A stretch of DNA of 64,000 nt. Source: Halothiobacillus sp. Lineage in GTDB: Bacteria > Pseudomonadota > Gammaproteobacteria > JAAZVP01. The notes under the pieces were generated by a model. The model had not been told where the DNA came from, ran no database searches, and saw nothing but the letters and a program-made list of their open reading frames with translations. This document shows positions 51,728 to 59,165 of the stretch, piece after piece (the stretch's first letter is position 1; every line of letters starts with the position of its first letter). The translations under genes and the position numbers were made by a program. The DNA is taken from positions 1,218-65,217 of the forward strand of contig JAAZVP010000005.1 in assembly GCA_018623495.1 (NCBI GenBank). Direction: 5' to 3'.

Positions 51728-52744
51728 TTGACAACCACGACCCCGGCCGGGAAGCACCCGGAGAGACGGCTCGGGCGCGGTCCCCGGCCGGCCCTGTGCA
51801 CAAAGGAGGCACCCTTGCAGGAACCCCGCCCCGAGACACTGCGTTCACCGGCCCTGCGCCTGTTTCTGGCCACGCGCCCGCCCTTCTTGCTCGCCACGCT
51901 GGTGCCGGTGGGACTGGGGCTGGCCTTGGCCGCCCACCAGGGCGCCGGCATCGACCCCCTGGCCGCCCTGCTCACCGTGCTCGCGGCCCTATCCCTGCAT
52001 GCCGGCGTCAACGTGCTCAACGACTACTTCGATGCCCGCAACGGCACCGACGCCATCAACCGCGAGCGGATCTTTCCCTTCACCGGGGGCAGCCGCTTCA
52101 TCCAGAACGGCATCCTCGGCGCCGACACGATGCGCCGACTGGGGACCGGGCTGCTGGTGGGCACCACCGCACTGGGACTGGTGCTCACCGGGATGGCCGG
52201 CCCCGGCCTGGTCCCCCTCGGGCTGGCCGGCATCGCGCTGGGCTGGGCCTACTCGGCCCCGCCGCTGGCCCTCAACAGCCGCGGCCTGGGCGAGTTCTGC
52301 GTGCTCGCCGGTTTCGGGCTGCTGCCCCTGGGCGCCTTCTACGTGCAGACCGGCGTGCTCGACCCGCGGGGCCTCTGGGTGGGCCTGCCCCAGGGGCTGC
52401 TCACCGCTGCCCTGCTCTACATCAACCAGTTCCCGGACCGCGTGGCCGACCGCCAGGCCGGCAAGTTCCACTGGGTGGCCCGACTGGAGCCCCGCAGCGC
52501 CCGCTGGGGCTACTGGATGATGGCCGGCGGGGCCTACCTCGGGCTGGCACTGCTGGTGGCCGTGGACCGTCTCCCGGTCACGGCCCTCGCCGGGCTGGCC
52601 ACCCTGCCCCTGAGCCTCGCCGCCGCCGTCCTGCTCGGCCGCCACGCCCACCGGCCCCGCCGGCTGGGCGGCGCCATCACCCTGACGCTGGCGGCCATGC
52701 TGGCCCACGGATTGCTGGTGAGCCTGGCCCTGCTGCTGGCCTGA
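51728..52744 (+). CDS. UbiA-family prenyltransferase (MenA-like)
   Basis: Carries the NDYFDARNGTD Asp-rich motif in multi-TM context. The start is uncertain (TTG at 51728 or downstream). Confidence 0.65.
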   Translation: MTTTTPAGKHPERRLGRGPRPALCTKEAPLQEPRPETLRSPALRLFLATRPPFLLATLVPVGLGLALAAHQGAGIDPLAALLTVLAALSLHAGVNVLNDYFDARNGTDAINRERIFPFTGGSRFIQNGILGADTMRRLGTGLLVGTTALGLVLTGMAGPGLVPLGLAGIALGWAYSAPPLALNSRGLGEFCVLAGFGLLPLGAFYVQTGVLDPRGLWVGLPQGLLTAALLYINQFPDRVADRQAGKFHWVARLEPRSARWGYWMMAGGAYLGLALLVAVDRLPVTALAGLATLPLSLAAAVLLGRHAHRPRRLGGAITLTLAAMLAHGLLVSLALLLA

Positions 52745-53170
52745 TCAGGCCCCGGCGATCCAACCCTTCACCCGCTCGCGGATGGCGTCGCGGATCCGGC
52801 GGACCTGCTCGAGTTTCTCCTCCTGCGTCCCCTCGACCCTGGAGGGGTCTTCGAAAGGCCAGCGCAGGGTCCGGCGCACGCCCGGAAAGACCGGGCACTT
52901 TTCCTCCACGCCCCGCTCGCAGACGTAGATCACGTAGTCGTACAGCCGTCCCTCCCGGAAGAACTGCATGATGCTGTCGGCCCTGGCATCGCTGAGATCG
53001 ATGCCCTCCTCGCGCATCACCTGGACCACGAGCGGGTGAATGTCGCGGGGTTGCAGGCCCGCGCTCTCCGCCTCGAAGGCCTCCCCGCCCAGGGCATCGA
53101 GGTAGGCCTCGGCCATCTGGCTGCGGGCACTGTTGTGGATGCAGACGAAGAGCACGCGCGTGGCCCCCAT
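52745..53170 (-). CDS. arsC: arsenate reductase (LMW-PTP family, thioredoxin-coupled)
   Basis: The start MGATRVLFVCIHNSARSQMAEAY is the CX5R P-loop of LMW-PTP ArsC. Confidence 0.85.
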   Translation of the reverse strand: MGATRVLFVCIHNSARSQMAEAYLDALGGEAFEAESAGLQPRDIHPLVVQVMREEGIDLSDARADSIMQFFREGRLYDYVIYVCERGVEEKCPVFPGVRRTLRWPFEDPSRVEGTQEEKLEQVRRIRDAIRERVKGWIAGA

Positions 53171-53199
53171 GAAAAGACTCCTCCCGGAACGAACCGGCT

Positions 53200-53225
53200 T
53201 GTATATTCGGAAAAACGCATATACA
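53200..53225. promoter_or_regulatory. candidate ArsR operator (inverted repeat TGTATAT-N12-ATATACA)
   Basis: Perfect 7-bp inverted repeat in the 82-bp divergent arsC/arsR intergenic region. Confidence 0.4.
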
Positions 53226-53252
53226 GTCTACCGCATATCCGGTTAAGGGAAT

Positions 53253-53606
53253 ATGTCCGTGCAAGCCCATCGCCTCTTCCACCTGCTCGCCGATCCCACT
53301 CGCCTGCGCCTGACCCTGCTGCTCGCCAGCCAGGGCCGGCTCTGCGTCTGCGAACTGCAACACGCCATCGACGAACCCCAGCCCAAGATCTCGCGCCACC
53401 TCGCCGCGATGCGCGACGCGGGCCTGGTGGCCGGCGAGCGCCACGGGCAGTGGGTCCACTACCGGATCCATCCCGACCTGCCGGACTGGGCCCGGGCCGT
53501 GATCGAGCGCACGCTCGCCGGCGTTGGCGAACAGCCGCCCTTCGCCGACGACCGCCGGACCCTGGCCGACATGCCCAACCGCCCCGGCGCCGCGTGCACC
53601 GCCTGA
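53253..53606 (+). CDS. arsR: ArsR/SmtB-family metalloregulator
   Basis: The HTH region carries the metal-binding CVC motif (LCVCELQHAIDEPQPKISRHL). Confidence 0.85.
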   Translation: MSVQAHRLFHLLADPTRLRLTLLLASQGRLCVCELQHAIDEPQPKISRHLAAMRDAGLVAGERHGQWVHYRIHPDLPDWARAVIERTLAGVGEQPPFADDRRTLADMPNRPGAACTA

Positions 53607-53632
53607 ACCCCCGGAAAGGAGCCATCCCGATC

Positions 53633-54562
53633 ATGCCTCGATCCATCACCGCCCTGCTGGGTGTTGTCACCCTCCTCGCCGCCACTGCCGCGGCGGCCCA
53701 TGAACCGACCCCCGAGCGGGTGACCGACGGGGTCTACGCCCTGGTGGGACCGATCACCGGCCGCACCGCGGAAAACGACGCCCTCAACAACAACCTGGGG
53801 TTCGTGGTCACCGAGACCGGCGTGGTACTCATCGACTCCGGCGCATCGACACTGGGCGCGCAGAAGATCGATGCCGCCATCGACACGGTCACCGACAAAC
53901 CCGTGACCCACGTGATCAACACCGGCAGCCAGGACCACCGCTGGCTGGGCAACGGCTATTTCCGCGACCAGGGCGCCGAGATCATCGCCCTGGCCCGCAC
54001 CGTGGCGACCCAGAAGCGCTTCGCCGAACCGCACATGGACCGCCTGGAAGGCATTCTAGGCGAGCGGCTCGAGGGCACCACGCCCGTCCATGCCGCCGAT
54101 CCCATCGACGCCGACCGCGCTACCTTCGAGATCGGCGGCACCCAATTCCAGCTGCTCTTTTTCGGCGATGCCCACTTCCCGGGCGATGCCGTGGTCTGGC
54201 TGCCGAAACAAGAAACCGTATTCACCGGCGACCTGGTCTACGTCGACCGGATGCTGGGCATCCATCCCTTCTCGGATGTCGTCAGCTGGCGCCGGGCCTT
54301 CCACGCCATGGAAAAGCTCGAGCCCGAACACGTGGTGCCCGGCCACGGCGGCGTCTGCGACCTGGAACAGGCCCGATCCGAGACCGGCGACTACCTGGAC
54401 TTCCTGGTCACCGAGGTGCGCGACGCCGTGGCGGACTTCCAGGGCCTGCAGACCACCGTGGACGAGCTCGCCGACGCCCCGCGTTTCGAACACCTCGAAC
54501 ACTTCGATTCCTGGCACCGCACCAACATCAACCGCGCCTTTCTCCAGCTGGAGATGGAGTGA
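53633..54562 (+). CDS. periplasmic MBL-fold metallo-hydrolase
   Basis: A signal peptide is followed by a beta-lactamase-like fold. The metal motif is degenerate (THVINTGSQDHRWLGN instead of HxHxDH). The SD ggaaaggag lies upstream of ATG 53633. Confidence 0.65.
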   Translation: MPRSITALLGVVTLLAATAAAAHEPTPERVTDGVYALVGPITGRTAENDALNNNLGFVVTETGVVLIDSGASTLGAQKIDAAIDTVTDKPVTHVINTGSQDHRWLGNGYFRDQGAEIIALARTVATQKRFAEPHMDRLEGILGERLEGTTPVHAADPIDADRATFEIGGTQFQLLFFGDAHFPGDAVVWLPKQETVFTGDLVYVDRMLGIHPFSDVVSWRRAFHAMEKLEPEHVVPGHGGVCDLEQARSETGDYLDFLVTEVRDAVADFQGLQTTVDELADAPRFEHLEHFDSWHRTNINRAFLQLEME

Positions 54563-54565
54563 TCC

Positions 54566-55522
54566 ATGTTCACGGCCCTCGCCGACAGCCTGGTCTACGG
54601 CCTGCTCGGCCTGACCGAGGGCGACCGCCTGGCCGATGCCCTCCACTTCTTCGTGATGGACACGGCCAAGATCTTCGTCCTGCTGGTGGCCGTGATCTAC
54701 GTGATGGGTCTCTTGCGGGCGCTGGTCAGCCCCGAGAAGGTACGCGGCTACGTGCGCGGCAAGCCGCCCTGGCTGGCGCGGACGCTGGCCATCGGCCTGG
54801 GCGCGGTGACCCCCTTCTGCTCCTGCTCCTCGGTGCCGCTGTTCATCGGCTTCGTGGAGGCGGGCATCCCGCTGGGGGTCACCTTCTCCTTTCTGATCGC
54901 CAGCCCCATGATCAACGAGATCGCCGTGGTCCTGCTGGCCGGCATCCTGGGCTGGGAGATCGCCGCACTCTACGTGGCCGCGGGGCTCACCGTGGCCTGG
55001 GTCGGGGGCATCGTCATGCAGCGCTTTCGCCCCGAGCGCTGGGTGGAGGACTACGTCTGGAAGATCCGGATGGGCGAGACCCATGAACAGGCACCGGATA
55101 CCTCCTGGGCCGGCCGCCATCGTTTCGCCATGGCCGAGGTGCGCGAGATCCTGCGCCGGGTGTGGAAATGGGTGCTCATCGGCATCGCCGTGGGGGCGCT
55201 GTTCCACGGCTTCGTGCCGGGCGACTGGGTCACCGAGCACCTGGGCGGCGAGGGCAACTGGCTGGCCGTGCCCGGCGCGGTGCTGCTGGGCATCCCCCTG
55301 TATGCCAACGCCACCGGGGTGATCCCCGTGGCCGAGGCCATGCTGGGCAAGGGCGTGGCCATCGGCACCACCCTGGCCTTCATGATGAGCGTGGCCGCGC
55401 TGTCCCTTCCCGAGATGCTCATCCTGCGCAAGGTCATCCGCTGGCCGGCCCTGGCGCTGTTCGCCGGTGTACTGGCCGTGGCCTTCGTGCTGGTGGGCTG
55501 GAGCTTCAACCTGATCACCTGA
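54566..55522 (+). CDS. arsP: ArsP-type organoarsenical efflux permease
   Basis: Multi-TM permease carrying the TPFCSCSSVP motif characteristic of ArsP. Confidence 0.75.
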   Translation: MFTALADSLVYGLLGLTEGDRLADALHFFVMDTAKIFVLLVAVIYVMGLLRALVSPEKVRGYVRGKPPWLARTLAIGLGAVTPFCSCSSVPLFIGFVEAGIPLGVTFSFLIASPMINEIAVVLLAGILGWEIAALYVAAGLTVAWVGGIVMQRFRPERWVEDYVWKIRMGETHEQAPDTSWAGRHRFAMAEVREILRRVWKWVLIGIAVGALFHGFVPGDWVTEHLGGEGNWLAVPGAVLLGIPLYANATGVIPVAEAMLGKGVAIGTTLAFMMSVAALSLPEMLILRKVIRWPALALFAGVLAVAFVLVGWSFNLIT

Positions 55523-55532
55523 GGAAACCGCA

Positions 55533-55916
55533 ATGACCGACACACCGCCACTCAATCCCGCCATCCGCGACATCGCCGGGCTCGCGGCCTCCATCGCCAT
55601 CCGCTGCCCCTCCATGACCCACACCCTGGCCGAGCGCCTGCGCGGCCACGGCCTGCCCGAGGGCCAGATCCGCGAGGTGGTCGAGGCCGCGCGGGCGGTC
55701 AGCCACGAGGCACGGATCCGCGGCGAGTCGATGCTCGACGCCGTGCTCGCCGGCGAAAGCCCCACCACCTGCATGCAGTCCATGGACGACACCGCGTCCG
55801 GCGGCTGTTGCCAGAGCGAGGATGGCTGCAACGACGCGGCCGCGTCCGGCGGCTGCCGTGACGAGGCGGCGAGCGACGGTTGCTGCGGCGAAACCCGAAC
55901 CGAAACCTGCTGCTAG
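55533..55916 (+). CDS. AhpD/CMD-like domain protein with Cys-rich C-terminal tail
   Basis: 127 aa with the C-terminus GGCCQSEDGCNDAAASGGCRDEAASDGCCGETRTETCC. Confidence 0.5.
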   Translation: MTDTPPLNPAIRDIAGLAASIAIRCPSMTHTLAERLRGHGLPEGQIREVVEAARAVSHEARIRGESMLDAVLAGESPTTCMQSMDDTASGGCCQSEDGCNDAAASGGCRDEAASDGCCGETRTETCC

Positions 55917-55929
55917 AGGAACGAGACCC

Positions 55930-56163
55930 ATGAAGACCATCCAGGTACTGGGCAGCGGCTGCGCCCGCTGCGAGAGCACCTACCGGCTGATCGACGAGCT
56001 CGCCCGGGAACAGGGCGTGGAAGTCGAGCTGAAAAAGGTCGAGGACATCGCCGAGATCATGGCCATGGGCGTGATTTCCACGCCGGGCGTGGCCATCGAC
56101 GGCGAGGTGGTGCACACGGGCTCGGTCCCCGACCGCAAGCTCGTCGCCGACTGGCTGGCATGA
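55930..56163 (+). CDS. thioredoxin-family small redox protein (CxxC)
   Basis: The start [21 protein letters not shown] is a TIGR00412-like redox-active disulfide protein, of the kind common in ars operons. Confidence 0.7.
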   Translation: MKTIQVLGSGCARCESTYRLIDELAREQGVEVELKKVEDIAEIMAMGVISTPGVAIDGEVVHTGSVPDRKLVADWLA

Positions 56164-56176
56164 GGGGGCCCGGGCA

Positions 56177-57184
56177 ATGACCGTCAAGATCGGCATCAAC
56201 GGCTTCGGCCGCATGGGCCGCCTGGGCTTCCGGGCCGGCTGGGACCATCCCGCCTTCGACGTCATCCACGTCAACGAGACCAGCGGGGACGCGGCCACCG
56301 CCGCCCACCTGCTGGAGTTCGACTCGGTCCACGGCCGCTGGCCGCGGATGATCGAGGCGGACAGCGCGGGCTTCTCCGTCGAGGGCCGCCACGTGGGCTT
56401 CTCGAGCTTTGCCACGCCCGCGGAGATCCCCTGGGCGGAACGGGGCGTGGAGATCGTGGTGGAGGCCTCCGGCGCCTTCGTCACCCCCGCGACCCTGGCC
56501 GGCCACTTCGAGCGCGGCGCGCGCAAGGTGGTGGTGGCCGCACCGGTCAGGGAAGACGCGCTCAACATCGTCATGGGGGTCAACGACCACCTCTACGACC
56601 CGGCGCGCCACGACCTGGTCACCGCTGCCTCCTGCACCACCAACTGCCTGGCACCGGTGGTGGCGGCCCTCAAGGACACCGTGGGCATCGAGCGGGGCAC
56701 CATGACCACGCTGCACGACGTCACCAACACCCAGCGCATCGTCGACAAGCCCCACAAGGACCTGCGCCGGGCCCGCTCGGCCAGCGAGTCGCTGATCCCC
56801 ACCACCACCGGCTCGGCGCGGGCCATCGGCAGGATCTTCCCCGAGCTCGACGGCCGGCTGAACGGCCTGGCCGTCCGGGTGCCGCTGCAGAACGCCTCGC
56901 TCACCGACTTCGTCTTCCAGGCCCCGCGGCCGGTGACCGCCGAGGCGGTCAACGCCCACCTGCGCGCGGCGGCCGAGGGGCCGCTCGCCGGCATCCTGGG
57001 CTTCGAGACCCGGCCGCTGGTCTCGGTGGACTACCGCGACGACCCCCGCTCGGGGATCGTGGACGCCCCCTCCACCATGATCATCGACGACCGGCTGGTG
57101 AAGGTGCTGGCCTGGTACGACAACGAGTGGGGCTATGCCAACCGGCTGATGGAGCTCACGGCCAAGGTGGCGCAAGCCCTCTGA
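56177..57184 (+). CDS. glyceraldehyde-3-phosphate dehydrogenase, divergent ArsJ-associated type
   Basis: 335 aa with [10 protein letters not shown] and the catalytic SCTTNCLAP. It is a divergent GAPDH inside the ars cluster. Confidence 0.8.
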   Translation: MTVKIGINGFGRMGRLGFRAGWDHPAFDVIHVNETSGDAATAAHLLEFDSVHGRWPRMIEADSAGFSVEGRHVGFSSFATPAEIPWAERGVEIVVEASGAFVTPATLAGHFERGARKVVVAAPVREDALNIVMGVNDHLYDPARHDLVTAASCTTNCLAPVVAALKDTVGIERGTMTTLHDVTNTQRIVDKPHKDLRRARSASESLIPTTTGSARAIGRIFPELDGRLNGLAVRVPLQNASLTDFVFQAPRPVTAEAVNAHLRAAAEGPLAGILGFETRPLVSVDYRDDPRSGIVDAPSTMIIDDRLVKVLAWYDNEWGYANRLMELTAKVAQAL

Positions 57185-57237
57185 CCCGGCACCCGGCACC
57201 GGGGGCGAGAGCCTCCGCCTCGACCGGCGGCCCGGGG

Positions 57238-57828
57238 TCAGCCGGGGAGGTCGGCCGGTTCGGCACAGCGATCGAGATGCGCGCGGAAGGCCTCGAAAGC
57301 GGCCTCGGCGGCCGCCGCGGCGGGGGCATGGTCGGCCGGGCCGCAGAGGCCGTCGGCAAGGTCCCAGAAGGCGCGCCAGTGCCGGCCCACGCCGTCGCCG
57401 GCAAAGAAGCGCACGGGCGTGTCCTCGCCCAGCACCCGGCGCACGTGGCGGGCGATCATCGCCCCGCCGAAGCGCGATCCCTCGAGCACGTAGAGCGCCC
57501 CCACCAGCCCGGCGGGGGTCGCCAGGCCCGGTGTGCGGATGCCGCTGTCGTCGCTCGGCTCACGCCCCAGGGCGGCCAGGTCGGCCCGCAGGTCGGCGAC
57601 CCGGCGGGTGAAGCCGTACCCGGGCGCCAGGGCGTCGATGGCCCCGGCGACCTCGGCCTCCAGCCGAGCCTGCGGGGCGTGCAGCGCGGCCAGGGCGCGG
57701 CCGTAGGCGGCCTCGTCCAGCGCGTCGGTCACCAGGGGCGCGAGCAGCGCATGGTGGTCCAGCGCCTCGTGGGCCGGGGCCGTCGCCGCTCGCAGGTGGC
57801 GGGCCAGGGGGGATTCTCCGGGTCTCAT
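57238..57828 (-). CDS. heme oxygenase (BphO-like, biliverdin-producing)
   Basis: The N-terminal LARHLRAATAPAHEALDHHALLAPL region is the heme oxygenase proximal-His motif. Its start overlaps the phytochrome stop (ATGA). Confidence 0.75.
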   Translation of the reverse strand: MRPGESPLARHLRAATAPAHEALDHHALLAPLVTDALDEAAYGRALAALHAPQARLEAEVAGAIDALAPGYGFTRRVADLRADLAALGREPSDDSGIRTPGLATPAGLVGALYVLEGSRFGGAMIARHVRRVLGEDTPVRFFAGDGVGRHWRAFWDLADGLCGPADHAPAAAAAEAAFEAFRAHLDRCAEPADLPG

Positions 57829-59165
57829 GGGCGCATTTCCCGTTTCAGCAGATCACGCAGGCGCAGCAGCTTGAGGCGAGCCTCGGTGGGCCAGGGGCGG
57901 CTGTGGCCGAAACGCTGCTCCACCCATTTCTCGAAGGAACGCCGGGGGGCGATCCCCAGCCGCCCGTCATGATACTCCACCGGCTTGTCCGGGTTGCCGC
58001 CCCAGGCCACCTCGTAGACCTGCTCGCCGCGGTGGAGATAGATGCGTGCCCCGTCCGGGGCACCGGGCGTGCCGAGCTCGACGGCCGCCACCCCCGCCAT
58101 GGCCGACAGCCCCAGCCCGTCGACGTGGCGATTCAGCTGATCGGTGGCCAGCACCAGTTCCGGGTGTTCGCCGAACCAGCGGTCCAGGGCGCGAACGGAA
58201 TCGTCGTCCACCTCGCTGCCCACGCGGTGGATGCGGTCGCCGGTGCAGAGCACGGCGCCGTCGGCATCGAAGAGCTCGGCCAGCCGCGCACCGATCTCGC
58301 CCCAGGCCTCCCCCAGGTCGCCCGCCCGGTGCAGCCCCTGGCGGATTTCGTCGAACTGCCGGTCGAGGCCGTCGAGCATCTCCATGCGCTCGCGGGTCTG
58401 CCAGTCGCGCAGCTCGAGGTTGAAGAACCCGGCGAGGTGACTGACGCGCTGCAGGAGCGCGGTGGGCAGCCGCCGGGGCCGCAGGCCGTGACAGGCCACC
58501 AGCGCCACCAGCTCGTTGCCGATGACGATGGGCAACGACAACGAGGCCCGCAACCCCATGTTCTGCATGTAGACCTTGTGCACCGGCGAGACGCTGCGCA
58601 GGTCGGTATGGGCCAGGTCGGGCGGCCCCTCGTCCACGCCCAGCACCGGCACGTCCTCGGCGCGGCAGTCGGAGATGGTCCGCCAGGGGTTTTCCACGTA
58701 GAGGCGACGGGCGATCATGGGGATGTCGCTGGCGGGGAAACGCAGGCCCAGGTAGCTCCCGGTGGCCGCCTCGCCCCGCGACTCGGCGAGCACGGTGCCG
58801 TCACCGCCCTCCACGAACTGGTAGTACATCACCCGGTCGAAACCGGTGAGCTCGCGGACGCGCTCCACCAGCGCCTGGCGGCGCTCGGCCAGGTCCGCGG
58901 CATCACCCAGGGCCCGGTACTCCCCCGCCGACCAGCGCTCCACGCCCTCCGTGGCCGCCAGGATCTCGATCGTGAAGCCCCCGTCCCGCGCCCGGCACGC
59001 CACCAGTTCGACGTCACCGTGACGGCCTTCCAGGGCCGTTTCCAGCACCAGCCGGCTGCCGGGCGGGTCGCCCAGCTCCCGCAGGGGATCGGCGAGCTCG
59101 GCCGGCAGCGGCGCGCCGAGGATCGCACCCGGCTCGTGGGCCAGCCAGTCGGCGAGGTTGGTTGC
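57825..59165 (-). CDS. phytochrome photosensory module (PAS-GAF-PHY), 3' part of CheB-CheR::phytochrome gene; no kinase output domain
   Basis: The GAF signature RELTGFDRVMYYQFVEGGDGTVLAESR...LGLRFPASDIPMIARRLY is followed by a PHY domain ending SFEKWVEQRFGHSRPW. The frame is open up to 59402, but the N-terminal 75 codons are low-complexity and overlap the CheBR frame. Confidence 0.7.
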   Translation of the reverse strand, partial: ATNLADWLAHEPGAILGAPLPAELADPLRELGDPPGSRLVLETALEGRHGDVELVACRARDGGFTIEILAATEGVERWSAGEYRALGDAADLAERRQALVERVRELTGFDRVMYYQFVEGGDGTVLAESRGEAATGSYLGLRFPASDIPMIARRLYVENPWRTISDCRAEDVPVLGVDEGPPDLAHTDLRSVSPVHKVYMQNMGLRASLSLPIVIGNELVALVACHGLRPRRLPTALLQRVSHLAGFFNLELRDWQTRERMEMLDGLDRQFDEIRQGLHRAGDLGEAWGEIGARLAELFDADGAVLCTGDRIHRVGSEVDDDSVRALDRWFGEHPELVLATDQLNRHVDGLGLSAMAGVAAVELGTPGAPDGARIYLHRGEQVYEVAWGGNPDKPVEYHDGRLGIAPRRSFEKWVEQRFGHSRPWPTEARLKLLRLRDLLKREMRP

